Origin: Scyliorhinus canicula
Taxonomy: Eukaryota
DNA: 64,000 bases
Assembly (NCBI RefSeq): GCF_902713615.1
Contig: NC_052167.1
Location: 19,582,690-19,646,689 of the forward strand
Direction: 5' to 3'
Below are positions 15,101 through 30,130 of the stretch, in pieces. Under the pieces are notes generated by a model. That model made no database searches and had not been told where the DNA came from. It saw nothing but the letters and a program-made list of their open reading frames with translations. The stretch's first letter is position 1. Each line of letters starts with the position of its first letter. The position numbers and the translations under genes are program-made.

Positions 15101-17323
15101 CAGGCGAGAAGAGGGGCAACTAAGAGAGTCAGGACAAAGTCACCTGTCTCAACAGTCTTGGTCTTCAACGTGTGTGAAATATCAATTGCATTGATGTATT
15201 ACACACACTAAAATTGTGTGAATAAGATGTTTGGTTTCAAAATCAGTTTGCAAAAGATAACAGGATCGTGGGAATCACATTTGTTCCAACTGGAGAAATT
15301 TAATTTAACTGTTGACTATCATCCGTTGTAATATGGAAATACTGGCTGAAGTGCAGTTTGGGCATCACAGTGCAATGGTTCCTGTTGTATGGCTCCCAGG
15401 TTGGTGCGTAAACTGAGGTCCTTCCCAGCAATCTCCAAGCTGGACCAGAGTTGAAACTCTCAGGAGCTGGGGTTTCTATGACTGAACAATAGATCCGAGA
15501 CTACAGCAGAGTTGGGATCAAAGGCCACAGCTGAAACTTTGCTGACAGGACAAGTTAAAAAAAAAATTCAGTTTTCGAGGGTCGATGCAGGCATGAAGGG
15601 CCGAATGGTGGCCTCCATCTGCACTGTGTGAATTCTAAGGTTCTATCTCAGGTAAGATCAATCATCATTCACTTGGTGAGCCACCAGGGCACCTGATCAT
15701 TCAATGGCTGAGTCGATGCTCGGTGAAGCAAACACAAGCAGACCATTCCTCAATTTGAAAAAAACAATTTAGGATCTCCTTTCCAACCGTCAAGAGGATG
15801 GTAGCCTCCAGTAGCTGATATGTCCTATAATAACTCTGGGTTACATAGATTGTTACATTGCACAGTGCATAACAATTGAAGAGCTTCCACTCCGCAAAAG
15901 TAACATTTCTGCCAAAGATCTGAGACAGTTTGTGAAGTAACCGCAAACTGAAAACACCATGGACGCTTCCACATTGCACAATCAATGCCTTTTAAGCATT
16001 GAAGTTTTTCCAACAGAACAACTCACTTCATTTACTATCAACCAGCTACATCACAAAGAAAAAAATGCTTTCCAGGCTATTTTTCAACATCATTAGCAAA
16101 TCTTAAGTTTCCCTTGAAGTGTACTTCAACCAAAAGCCAGTCAGCGCACCACTGATAGACGACGCTCGGGCACTCATTGTCCTTCAACTTTGAAAAACTT
16201 ATCTTTGTTTCTCCGCTGTCAGACCTGCATCATGTTGTTTTATCCCACATGGACCCCCTTATACTGACTGACCGCAGAGCAAAGATTGTGCTTTGAACAA
16301 CGGCCCACTTTCCATTTTGGAACACTCACTCTCCTAGCTTCTTTGAACACATGCACTACAAAAAGATCATCTTTGCTGAGAAAACTATCGATTTAAAAAT
16401 CAGAGAATGCTGCCGGCTCCAATAAAATCATCCCAGTACAAAAAAAAACTACTTTATATATTTTTTAAAAATCTGCATTTCAGACTGTAGTTGTCAAACG
16501 GACGGAGAACTGTTTTATTTGGAAATGGGCACATCAAGTTCAAGGCCAAATTAACCATGCGATATTACAATTCAATCTACAGCACCATTTTCAGCAAATG
16601 CGCAATCTACACGGGAAGCTCGTTTTAAAAATTACGACGGCAAATCAACATTACATTAACGTCCGCAACTGGAAACCAATCTGGCTCATTATGAAACGTA
16701 CAACTAAACCCTCAACCCCCCCCCACCCCCATCCCAACACACACGCACCCCCACCACCACCCCTTCATTTCAGCTTCTCTGCACTGTATATTTTGTCTTG
16801 CAAGAAAAAGCAGGGGTCAGAAGTCAATGTATTATTGCAGGTCTGTATTTCAACAATCCCAACAAGCAGAAACCGTGACTGACCCCTTCCCACCTTCCAA
16901 AATAAGGACACCACTGTTGGCATAATTAATTCAATATATACTACCACTGAAAAGGAAGAACCAATCAAACAGTAAATGATTCTTTTGTTTCGTCTTCCCT
17001 TCAACTCTGCATTGCAGCAGTTAATTGTTCCTAGATCTCTTGCAATATTATTGACAACTAAGTACGAGAGGGTCTCCAGTTGACAAATAGTTCTTCCCTC
17101 CCTCCCCCACTGTGGGGAGGGATTCCACTTCCCTCCCATCAGTCTTGGGGGGAAAAGAATCAATGTGGGGAAAAATAACCTGGCACCTTGAAAACATGCC
17201 TTCACAACACACCATCCAAACCATCACTGCTGCGCAAGTTATTTTGCCAGTGGAAAGTTTTCAGGTGATCTCAACGAGGTAAATAAAGATTGAGCACGGC
17301 ACAAAATTTTGAAGACTTATTTA

Positions 17324-17608
<285 letters not shown>

Positions 17609-18126
17609 TCAGAAATGAGTGACTAAGATATCACACAGGTTTCCTTCCAGGAAGGCAAATGGTACGTTGGCCTTCATTGAAAGAGGATTTGCGTTCAGGT
17701 GCAAGGATGTATCACTGCAGCTGTACAGGGCCTTGTTGAGGCCACACCTCGAGTACTGTTTTGGTCTCCTTACTCAAAAAGGATATGTTTGACTGAGGGG
17801 GAGTGCATTGAAGGTTCACCAGGCTGATTCCCGAGATGACAGAATTGTCATCGTCGGAGAAATTAGTTCGACTAGGCCTGTGTTCACTGGGGTTTGGCGG
17901 ACTGAGAGGGGATCTCATTAAAATGTATAAAATCAGAGAGTCTGGATACAATGATGATGTTGGGGGGGGTTATGCAAGGGTCTCTAGAACAAAGGGTCAC
18001 AGCAGGATACTGGGTAGGACATTTAGGACTGAGATGTGGAGAAATCTTTTCTCAGGGGGGCGGTGAACATGTGGACTTCTCTACCTCACAAGGCTGTGGA
18101 AGCCAATTCAATGACTATTTAAGAAA

Positions 18127-18326
18127 TGATGTGGAGATGCCGGCGTTGGACTGGGGTGAGCACAGTAAGAAGTCTTACACCAGCAGGTTAAAGTCCGACA
18201 GGTTTGTTTTTTTCAGAGCACTGCTCCTTCCTCAGGTGAATCATTCACCTGAGGAAGGAGCAGTGCTCCGAAAGCTAGTGTTTAAAAAAAACCTGTTAGA
18301 CTTTAACCTGGTGTTGGAAGACTTAC
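18127..18326. mobile_element. Penelope-like element fragment forming an inverted repeat, inserted in a CR1 relic
   Basis: Arms at about 18164-18241 and 18243-18326 are reverse complements; TSD TTAAGAAA at 18119-18126 and 18327-18334; hammerhead motif. Confidence 0.75.
18246..18280 (+). ncRNA. Minimal type-I hammerhead ribozyme (Penelope-associated), core intact, antisense to MAPK8
   Basis: CAC-CTGAGGA-A-GGAGC-agt-GCTCC-GAAA-GCTA-GTG: CUGANGA and GAAA core, 5-bp helix II, palindromic AGCT helix III, CAC/GTG helix I. Confidence 0.75.
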
Positions 18327-18521
18327 TTAAGAAAGAAATAGATGGGTTTCTGGACACTAAAGGAGTCAAGGGGTATGGTGAGAGAGCGGGAATATGGTGT
18401 AGAGATAGAGGATCAGCTGTGATCACATTGAATGGCAGACCAGGTTCGATGGGCTGAATGGCCGATTCCTTCTCCTAATTTCTATGTTTCTTTATACTGC
18501 ACTGTCAAACAAAATACTTAC

Positions 18522-18580
18522 ACATCTTGAAATTCCTCTAGTGATTTCTGTGGGGTAAATACATTCAGCAAACCAATTAT
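18522..18580 (-). CDS. MAPK8: JNK1 coding exon 3 (IIGLLNVFTPQKSLEEFQDV)
   Basis: 59 nt with CAG/GTAAG boundaries. IIGLL and QKSLEE are JNK1-type residues. Not in the ORF track; read by hand. Confidence 0.96.
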
Positions 18581-21500
18581 CTGAAAGAAATAGATTATAT
18601 ATTTAATGAAACAAACATTTAGTCTGTGATAATTCAAAGTCTACTGCTGTTCCAAAGACTATAATAAGGAAGAGTGGTTAAATTTCATTGCTGAAGGCAT
18701 TCAAATTTAATTGCTAATAGTCATTAAGAAAACTGGCAAGCAGGAAGTATCGCACAAAAAAAATTACGCTTCTCAAATTAAACACTAATTAGTTGGAAAG
18801 ATTAATTTCGAAAAAGGCAGTTGAGGTAGGTGGAGAACGACACTATCTACCAAAGTTCAGCCAAGCACAAAAGAGAGGGAACATAAACAGGCCAATCAAG
18901 CTGTTTGCTATACTGTTATTTTTTTTTCTGCAGATGGGAAGAATTTCACTGTTTGATTACTAAAGCTATGCAAGGCTTAGTGCTGAAAAAGCTTAATGGT
19001 CATGGGACAAAGAGGACTTTAATCTGGTAGCAAATCAATGGGCTTCGTGCAACCTGCAGAATTTCTTTTCAAGCGGTTTTAAAGGTGATTAACTTAACAG
19101 CTGACGCAAATTTATTTCAAACGCCAGTGGGAGTATGCATTCATAACCTGAGAGAAAAATGCTCTGCATCTGATCTGCTACTTCTATCACAGGGGGCTGG
19201 TCAGTGCAGTATTTGCTGTTCCGCTATTTCCAAACCTCAAGGAACTAGTCAAAAATGGTGATTGATGACTGGAGTAGGGGGCTAGCCTCTGTTGGTCTCC
19301 ATAAGATAGTGTTCAAAAATAAAACTGAAAACCATGGACCTCTTATTTTCAGGGACTGAAATGGTTATGAAGGGATGCACACCTAAGAGACGTCCATTTC
19401 TAACTTGCATCCCAGTGGTATAAAGCCAAATGTTCTTTAACATATAAATATTTTGCTTTTTTCATTGATCTTCTGAAGTGCCCTCCAGCATGTGTGCAAT
19501 ATGGATTACATTTACAACCCTTCCTGAAAGCGCACGCCCCTTAACTGGGTTTGGTTTAACGGAGTGTCTGGAGCTATTCAGTGCCTCACCTCATTAAGTG
19601 TGAAAGTAAATCATGATCCTTCTGCACTGTAAATTCTATGATCCTATGTCAAACAGAACTGTGGGGCCCACCGCTACTAGGCCAGATTGTGCTCTTGCTT
19701 GATGTTTGTGCGCGTGGATCTTTGGGCAGTGGTTGCGTTTTGGAGGAAGGACTCTTGACTAGCTTTTCAGTTCCCTATCCAGCAAATCCAAGGCCTGGGT
19801 GCTATCCGAGTTGAGCTAAATTAGTACAGACCGGGAACCAAACACGTGACCACCATATCTGTATGTCTTAGCATGACAGCACAGGCAGCTTTCCTTCCAC
19901 AAGGTCAAAATGTAATAACTTTGAGAATTGGCCCCACCAGTTACCTTATAAAGCATAACCATTTATTACAACTATAAACATTTCTTTACGAAGCGCCCAG
20001 CTGCCAGGACAAGTCCCAACACATCCCAGTGAAATCCCAACTCCGTCCCGGATTGACTAGCAGGTCACATGATTACACCCTCAGAGAACGGCCCTTGCAA
20101 CAGAGGCTTGCTTGTGTTTACCATTTTTCCATTTTATCATCAGCACTAATGAATCAGTGCCTTGGAAGAAAAAACAGAAAATCAAAATTTTCCAGAAAAT
20201 TTGCTAATTTGACTTCTCGTTTTCAATTGTGAAACCAACAGATAAATGGAATTGTGCATTTACGCACCAGGATATTATAAGGGATCAGATTTTTGACAAC
20301 GATTCACTGTTCCTTCAGGCACAGAAAAGACTTAATTCAGACTGAACTTTAGCCTTTCGGTTAACTGAGAGTAGACATGAGAAACCCTACAGTGCAGAAG
20401 GAGGCAATTCAGTCCATCGAGTCTGCATTAGGCCCCCAATCCTAAACTTCAGGACACTAGTTACGGAATGCCACTTCCTGCATTTAATTCACCATTTCTG
20501 TTGCAGTAATTTTGTAGAATGCTGCAAGTTGCCAGCACTGGATTTAAAAAGATATAACTTTTAAACATAAAATACTGATTCCAAAACTTGTGTATTTCCC
20601 CAGAATCTTTTGACTATACAAACAGTTGATTATCCAGCACTCAAAATATTCGGTGGACGGGAATGTTTAATTTTTTAAATAAATGAATCCAAAAATGATC
20701 TGTAGGTCTGGAGTTCTCCTTCCACTGGAAGTGAATCACTTATGTTCCTACCTGGCCAATACATATGCTGGGCAGTCTCCCAGTGATATCCTTGTTGTCA
20801 AGGGAAAGTTGCAAAGCGGCACGTGGTCAGGATGTGGGTTATGGTAGCAGGGTAAAAGAAAAACGTTAAACGACCTGTTTCCCCTACCTGATGGATCAAT
20901 TACCAGTGGGCACATTTAAGGTGATGGGTAGAAGGATTAGAGGGGGCAGGGGGGAAAAAATCTATTCACCAAAGTGTGGTTAGCATCTGGAATTCACTGC
21001 TTGAATTGGTGGCTGGGGTTGAAACGTTGACCTCATTTAAATTGCATCAAGTACTGTCGCCTGCCAGGCGAGGGACCAAATGCTGGGACGAGGGATTAAA
21101 ATGAGTGGCGAGTTTACTTTTTTTTCCTCTTTTGTTTAGCCAGCGCAGACATGATGGGCTCAATGGCCTCTTCTCTTCTGTGCCCTAATTTGTCCATGGT
21201 TCTCTGGTGCCTACATTACTGGACTGATAATCCAGAGGCCTGGACTCAATAATCAAGACAATGAGAGGTTAAAGGCAGGAGCTTCAAAGCAGCCAAGAAT
21301 TGGTACTTGAGCAATTTACATGGGATGACAGACAGGGGGAGGTGGCCGCTGCTAGCCTTTAGCCAACTTCCATGTTCCGCCACCACAATAGCTGTCCTTC
21401 CCCCCAACCCATACACCCACTTCTGGTCTTGTCATGTAACGCTGGTTCATGGTAGAGAAGGAAGTCCATTCAGCTGTCGCAAGCTTACTCTCCCTAATTT

Positions 21501-22678
21501 ACATGAGCTGCCGTGGGCAATGGGAGAAGCTAATTTTTTATGTTTGCCCGGGAGAGAGAGAGAGAGAGAGAGGCGTGGGGAGTTCAACAGAACTGCTCTA
21601 TTTTCCTTGGGGTACCCCTCTGGATAGTATCAAAAATTGGGAGGTTTCTGGAGGAAGATACAAGCCAGGGCATTTACTGTAACATACAATTAGGCTAAAT
21701 TTGCCCTAATGGCATTGGTGTTTTTTTTTCTGGCATTAGATGAGTCTGAATCAGCGCTCAAGATCATCATTGGTACTAAGCTAACCCAGAAGATGCAAGG
21801 CAATTCGGTGGTTTGGTCCAGAACATCTCCCAATGGAGCACGCTCCATTAATGTGCGGATAGGATGTGGTGCAAGTTGCTGATTTCCTCAAGCATGTCTG
21901 TGTGGGTCTCACCCCCACAACCCACGTGCAGGGTATGTGGACTGGCCATGCTAAATTGCCCCTTAATTAGAAAACCTTTTGAAACCATCAACCAATGGGC
22001 ACCATTGACATTAAGAAGGAATTGGAAGTCGTCGAATTAACGTCTAGTCAACTAAAGCACCCCGAATTATCTTAGTTAGATAGATTTTTGATTGAGAAAG
22101 GACACAATGATTATGGGGTCAGACAGGAAAGTAGAAGTTGAGACAATAAGTTATCTTATCGAATGGTTTCATAGAGAATTTACAGTGCAGGAGGTGGCCA
22201 TTCGGCCCATCGAGTCTGCACCAGCCCTTACAAAGAGCCCCCAACTGAAGCCCACATATCTACCCTATCCTCGTAACCCAGTAACCTCCACTTAACATTT
22301 TTTGGACACTAAGGGCAATTTAGCATTACCAATCCATCTGACCCGCACAACTTTGGACGGTGAGAGGAAAGGGGAGTATCCAGAGGAAACCAACGCAGAC
22401 ACGGGGAGAACGTGCAGACTCCACACAGACAGTGAGCCAGCCGGGAATTGAACCTGGGACCGTGGAGCAGTGAAGCGACGGTGCTAACCACTATGCTACT
22501 GTGCTGCCCACGAACGGTGGAGCAGCTTGAAGGGCTGTGTGGCCTACTCGCGCTCCCAAGTCTTATGTCCTGATGAATTAAGATCAGTTCATGTTACGGT
22601 ACCTGCTACAGTATTTGCACAGTCAAAGAGCTGTGACATATAAATATTCAAGAAACAGGGAAACAAACATTTAATTCA

Positions 22679-23020
<342 letters not shown>

Positions 23021-24504
23021 CTAACCCTGAATGTTATGGTGGTGTAAAAGAATATCAAATTACCACAGCACAATGAAGAGAAAACGGATTGTTGCAACAT
23101 GAAACCGGCACAGTTTCAAACAGTTCTTCAACTAGAACTTTTCCATTCATACACAGCACTACACAGTGATGTACCACAACTCAGTTATCAGCCTTGCTGC
23201 CCTGTCTTTGTCATAGAAACTCGTACTGGACCAAAATATTGCAAAATGTACCAGTTAGCTGGATTATTATTCTTGGATTAATTTATTTGTTTATAGGAGG
23301 AAAGACCATACAGAAATATCATCTGGAGATAGACACTGCTATCAGATGGAAATGACCCTTCAGTCGTAGACTGTTCGTAAATTACTCAATCAAATTATTT
23401 ATTTCAATGCTGTGACTTGAAAGAACAACATGCATGCATTTGAAACTGTTCTTTCTCCTCAAAGGAATCACTCACCAGATGATCTTGCAATCGGCTTTTT
23501 GGGGGTTTTGGACCATGGTCAGGGAAATGACCCAGCCTAGGTGCTGCCACTTACATCCCATCCATTCGAATGGTAGAACAACATTTGGATACCAGAAATA
23601 ACTTGGTAGGTATTCAGCCTCTCAGGAATTAATGCAGATAGCCATTGAAGTGTGTTTGCTTGTTTTCACCTTGTAGTAGTGGAAGGAGCTCTGTGGAGCT
23701 GACATGTCTAAATTACAGTCATTCAAGTTCAGTTGGATGATTCAGAAAGGTCACTATAACATATATTGGACGTTTTGTTGTTTTCAATATAGCTTATTTT
23801 ACAGTTCAAGCATTTTATAGCTGATTATGCTGTTTTGTTTAGTCATATCCCAGGTCGATAAATTATACTATTTTGGACTGAATATCCGACTGCATGGCAC
23901 TTTCATCCTTTCAAAGCGAGCATCTCTTGTGCGGAATACTCCAATGAAAGGACACATGGCACAAAGTCACAAATTTCAGATGGTGGATGTGGGTTTAGTC
24001 ATGGAATCTTCCTGCTGCGAAAGCAGTTGGTTGAAAAGATTTGCTGGAGCAAATTAATCTCGGGCAAAAAAACTATCAATCTGCCACACCAGTCGAGTGT
24101 TCCTGCAGTGAAACACCTATTGGACTTCCACTCACAAGACCCGATGTAAGGCATTTTTAAAGCTGCTTGGCTAAGAACAAACTCACTCTGAACATGTGAT
24201 GAATTTGATTTTATAAATTGCTACCAGAAATCAAATTTAATGAAATACAGTTAGGGTTAAGCCAAGATGGTATGTCGCCATATACATTTACTGTTCCATA
24301 TTATTGTAATGTGTGAATCCTTCTAGAAATGTATTAACATTAACTGCAGAATGTTTACAATGCGGTAATTTTCTTGTACCTGGAGATATCCTCCAACTCT
24401 CAGCAATTGAAATCACTCCCAAGTCCTTTAAAACCCCAGAATGCCGCTTCAATATCAAGGTGACAATCTCATTGATGTGAAAACGTTTTCAAGCACAACA
24501 TAAG

Positions 24505-24590
24505 GGGCTGGATTCTCCCGTCCTCCAGATGCGTGTTTCCCAGCGGCGTGCCATTCACTGGCTGTTTGCCAATGGGATTTCCCATCGAAG

Positions 24591-24621
<31 letters not shown>

Positions 24622-24672
24622 CCCTCCCCCATGGCAGGAACAGCAGATCCCAACGGCCAGAGAATTCCAGCC
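24505..24672. mobile_element. Short Harbinger-like MITE with an internal poly-C run
   Basis: GGCTGGATTCTC...GAGAATTCCAGCC imperfect TIRs, similar to those at 41913-42705. Confidence 0.55.
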
Positions 24673-25104
24673 AATGCTGTTGAAGGTAGACACGCGAGCC
24701 TCTTCATCAATGGCGGCTACAATCCAAGACCCAACATCAGCCTCCCACATTTTTCAGAGCCTCAGTTCTGCTGCATCTTTAATCAACGGAACAGACATGG
24801 TGCTAGATTTTTTTCCCCTCTTAGCAACAGCAACTGATGTTCTATGACTTTGACTTAAGCAACAGCAAAACGGTAATTGGGGAGAAGGGCACATGGACAT
24901 GGTGGTCTTGTATGTGCACTGCCATCACAGAACTAATGGTTGGCTTTTTCTCTACCCTGTCAACACCACTGGGCTTGGGGTTTGCTCCAAACGCCTTTCC
25001 CTTTCTACCTCTGACAATTGTCCAAAGCTGAACAAATGATTCCCAACCTTTACGCTGATCTAGAGATGAGTTTCTGACCACATATCTGCACTAATACTCC
25101 CCGT

Positions 25105-25722
25105 GCCTACCTAATCCCATTTGCCAGCACTTGGCCTATAGCCTTGAATGTTAAGACGTGCCAAGTGCTCATCCAAGCACTTTTTAAAACGATGTGAGGC
25201 AACCTGCCTCTACCACCCTCCAAGGCAGTGCGTTCCAGACCGTCACCATCCTCCGGATAAAAACATTTTCCCTCAAATTCTTCCCTAAACCCCTCACTTT
25301 GAACTTGTGACCCCTCGTACATACCCTTCAACTAAGGGGAACAGCTGCTCCCTATCCACCCTGTTCATGCCCCTCAATCCTGTTCACCCCAATCAGGTCG
25401 TCCCTCAGCCTTCTCTGCTCCAGAGAAAACAACCCAAGCCTATCCAACCTCTTTTCATAACTTACAAATTCCACCCCAGGCAACATCCTGGTGAATCTCT
25501 TGTGCACCTCCTCCGGGGCAATCACATCCTTCCTATAATGTGACGACCAGAATTGCACACAGTACTCCAGATGTGGCCTCACCAATGTTCTATACAACTC
25601 CAACATGACATCCCTGCTTTTGTAATCTATGCCTCGATTAATAAAGGCAAGTGTCCCATAGGCCTTTTTCACCACCCTATTAACCTGCCCTCCTGTCTTT
25701 AGAGATCTATGGACAAACATAG
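25105..25722 (-). mobile_element. CR1-type LINE 3' fragment
   Basis: ORF 25352-25726: KAYGTLAFINRGIDYKSRDVMLELYRTLVRPHLEYCVQFWS. Confidence 0.9.
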
Positions 25723-26034
25723 ACAAATGGAGGTAATTGTCACTTCCTTGCTCTGTATATCAGATCAATGACGGTTGCCCTGAGATCAGCATTAAGTCAT
25801 GCTTTCAATGTCGGCTGCATAATTTCCAAGTTGATAATTACTATTTTTTGCTATGGAATGAAGGACACCACAGGAGCAAAACATTGTTCACTTTAAAACG
25901 AAATAAGGAATGAATGAAGAGAAAGAGCAAAATCCCATTCGGAAACTGCAGATCTGTAAAAACGCACTGTTATCTAGACTCAGAGTATTCTTGCCTCGCT
26001 GTGGTTGAACGTGGATGCCAAAGCTGCCAACTCA

Positions 26035-26244
<210 letters not shown>

Positions 26245-29200
26245 TCAAAATGACACAGGGGAACAGCTTAAAATGATGAAAATAATTTAAACTGATCGGG
26301 TATCACACTTGATATGGGCCTCCTGTGAAGCCCAAGGCAAGTTTACAATAATCAGTACACCGCAATTGAAGTGACTCGACATACAAGATTAGACTAACTC
26401 TCGCAAAGGCTCAGCAGGTTCACAGCAAGCAGCTTAAGCCAAACACACCTGCTGCGTTCAACATCCACCGACTAATATCAGAAATAAAGTGAATTCTGTG
26501 CCTTTAAAGTTAGGAAATACAATTGGGAAATATAACAACATTATAAAGCTCTCAACTGTGTACGCCTGCCCACAAAAGTTCACTTCTAGGTTTATTGCTG
26601 TGTGCTTGGTCACATGTTTGACTCAACTTTTTCCATTATAAATTCCTATGTCACCAGGAAATTGAGTGCTTTCTACAGAGGCTGGCAAACGGGCAGAGAT
26701 TCAGGAGCGGCTCTGCAAATATTTCCTGACTGTTTGAGCAAAGCAAGTACAACATTGCGCTCAGCAGTAGGTGGCATGCTGGGTGGGATAGTTTAAAAAT
26801 GATTTTAAAATTAAAGTCGAATTAGTAACAGCAGCAATAATAAAAGGTGTATAGTAATTGAACTATTTCTCCCAAAGGGTTATGAATCTGTTGAATTTAC
26901 TACCCCAGAGTGAGGTGGATGCTGGCACAGTGAGTAAACTTGATGAGTTAGACAAATTTTAAATTGGTAATGGGTTGAAGGGTTATGGAGAACGGGCAGG
27001 ATGTTGGAGTAAGGCCAGGATGAGATCAGCCATAATCGAATGACGGAGCAGACTCGCTGGGCCAAACAGCCTAATTCTGCTCCTATATCTTATGAACTAA
27101 TTGCACCCTCTCACCAGTGGTGGCAATCTAACATTTGCTTTGCATGAGATGGGTCGGCACAGTGGTTAGCAGCTCACAGATCCAGGGACCTGGGTTCAAT
27201 TCCGATATCGGACGACTGTCTGTGTCAAACAATTCCGACCTCGGGTAATTGTATCAAGTTTGCACTTTCTCCCGGTATCTGCGTGGGGTTCTTACGGGTG
27301 CTCCGCTCTCACAGTCCAAAGATGTGCAGGTTAGGTAGATTGGCCATGCTAAATTGCCTTGGAGGGTTGGGTTGGAGGCGTGGGCTTAAGTAGTGTGCTC
27401 TTTCCAAGGACCATTGCAGACTCGATAGGCCGAATGGCCTCTTTCTGCGGTGTAAATTCTATGATTCTATGATCCAGTCCCTCAGGCCGAATGACAGATA
27501 CCCCCAGGTTCTAATCACTTTTATGCATCCCAAACTGAAGTAAATTCTGCTCTTTCAGTATAAACACAAACTCAAAATACTTAAAAAAACAAAACAAGAT
27601 AATACTGTAACTGTAAAATCTGAACTGAATTACATCTGTGCACCCAAATCCAAAAACGGTCGTCTCCATTCGACCCCTCCATGTGGAACACTTCAGGACA
27701 CTGACAAGTAACACAACTAATCCATGTGCTTATTTTGTATCCTATGGTAAAATAAGCGATCGTCAACATCCAAATAAGAAAGACTAGATTGGTGAGCAAG
27801 TGCGCGCAGGTGGTTGACATGACCTCACTCCTGACACTTTACAAGGTACAACAGGCACCTCGAACACTTTGAATTCGTTGAATGCGAAGCTAACGTGGAC
27901 ATGGATGAAAATCAGTCTGAATATCCATCCTGAATGTCACAAACTAAAGATCATCTCCCTCGGTTAATCGCCAAATCCTGCTCTAGGGTCATTCTGGAGA
28001 GCAATCGCCCCAAACTCTTCTCAACCACTTCATTTATGCTCCCGTCCGCACCCACACATTCCTCAACTTTGCCATCCGCAAAGCATCTGGATGTTATTTC
28101 CGAAATGGAGACCAGCGACTTGGTTGCCCTGGTCTCCTTTGGTCTCAGGACAGGCACACTGCAGATCCAAAGACACATAAATATTGACTGCTGATGTCAG
28201 ACTGATACTAAAGCTTATGAATCATAAAAATGAGCATATTATAAAGATTCCTGTACATTGCACTACACAAATAGAACAAGCTGCTTTAAAAGGCTGTATT
28301 TGTAGAAGACACTATTCAGCTCTTTGCAACAGTACCCAATCAATCTTTTCCAATTAAGGGGCAATTTAGCGTGGCCAATCCACCTGCCTTGCACAGCTTT
28401 GGGTTGTGGGGGCGAAACCCATGCAAACACGGGGAGAATGCGCTAACTCCACACGGACAGTGACCCAGAGGCGGGATTGAACCTGGGACCTCGGTGCCGT
28501 GAGGCAACAGGGCTAACCGACTGCGCCACCGTGCTGCCACTCCAAAGAATCTTAAGGCCCGTGGGTGATACCACTTGAATCTACGGCAACTTTTGCAAAT
28601 AAGCTGAACGATGATGGATAGTTGTCACCATAAAAAGCAGGATATCATTGTTCAGCAATCAGAATCTTTGTGAATGATAGCGAATAATTTAAGTCATAAA
28701 GTGCAAGGACTCATAGATACACAGACAGAAGCCTTCAAGCCCTAGGTACATGCACGTTAGAGGAATTGAATATCAAAACTACCCCGCTCTTCCCCATTAA
28801 TTGTTTTTCTCAGTTTCAGATAGGTAACTTAAAGGAAACAATGGTCTTTGCCAACAGCTCAGAAACCTGAAGTTACTCGTTCTCGCAACAGGAACATTTC
28901 TTACATTTCTTTAGAGGTTCAATTCATAAAGTGAGTGAGCGTGATCGCCTTATGAAAAACAGAGTCCATGCAGGAGAAATGGACTTTGTTAACTTACTGA
29001 ATCTTGACACCATCCACTGAAAAGAGTTCAGCTTTTGAAAAACCCTATGTTCAGTTGCCATTGCTACTCTATACAGGTCACAGGACCAATTCAAACCAGA
29101 CTGCCTACTCCAAATGGCATTATTATATTTTTAAAATTCCCGTTTACAAGGTTGCCTCAATGAAAATTAAACAGTCAACTGGAACAGCATCACTACTGTA

Positions 29201-29814
29201 GACTCGCCCAACGGGTTTACTGCCAAGCGTCAGGTGAATTTAACCAAATGCAGAAGCTGTTCTGTATTTGACGTTTTACTTACATTAGCATAGTTCCGTT
29301 AGTTTATTGACAATGGCGAATCCACAGCTGAATGATGGCCAAAATGGCAGAATAACACAAGATGGAGTGTTAACCAAAACTGCGCTGAGGAAACCATGGC
29401 AACACCGCAAAACAAGAGGAGAAAGATACCTGGCTGGCTGCAATTTGCGCAAATCAAGCTGGTGTAACTAAAACATTGCGATCCCTTCCCAAACCCCCCA
29501 AGCCTAAAAGGTTCATACAGGCCAATCCAACAAATAAATACAAACATAGCTGAATTTTAAGTTGCCTGGGCTTCGAGGGCATATTGCTCACGCAGAGGGT
29601 GCCACTTCTGACCTGTTCCAGCTCCAGTTCTAACGGGCAAGATGAAGTAGCATTTGAATAGTAAGAAAGAGTAGGGGATTTAAGAGACAGATCGTGTTAT
29701 ACGAATACAAACAACCAAGGACATAAGAGGTGGACAATGCAATGTCTGTGACCCAGTTTACAGTAAAGCCAATCAACAAAGCCAATCAGAATTGAAACCC
29801 GAAGCGAAGCTGTG

Positions 29815-30130
29815 AGTGGACATTCAGCGACTTTTTCCTCGGGTGGAAGTAGCTGTTACAAGGGGGTATAACTATAAGGTTCATGGTGGAACATATAGGA
29901 AGGATGTCAGAGGTAGGTTCTTTACTCAGAGTGGTTGGCGCGTGGAATGCACTTCCAGCTATGGTAGTGGAGTTGGACACTTTAGGAACTTTCAAGCGGT
30001 TATTGGATAGTCATATGGAGTGCACTAGAATGATTGGGAGCAGGTTGATTTGTTCTTAGTTTCAGACTTGTTCGGCACAACATCATGGGCCAAAGGGCCT
30101 GTACTGTGCTGTACTGTTCTATGTTCTATG
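29815..30130 (+). mobile_element. CR1 3' fragment (further short CR1 tails at about 14755-14955, 20875-21200, 26875-27100 and 52750-53015)
   Basis: QRLFPRVE...RGRFFTQ remnant; gtactgttctatgttctatg tail. Confidence 0.82.

Larger units (their letters stand above)
17655..18490 (+). mobile_element. CR1-type LINE 3' fragment, interrupted by the Penelope-like insert
   Basis: Remnants of LYRALLRPHLEYC and LRGDLI; CR1 tail ending tttctatgtttc just beside the exon donor at 18521. Confidence 0.85.

Noticed and set aside
27951-28178. Coding-looking minus-strand ORF after a CAG (VPVLRPKETRATKS...)
   Set aside because: Ends in a stop with no convincing donor and no recognisable homology; cannot be supported as an exon
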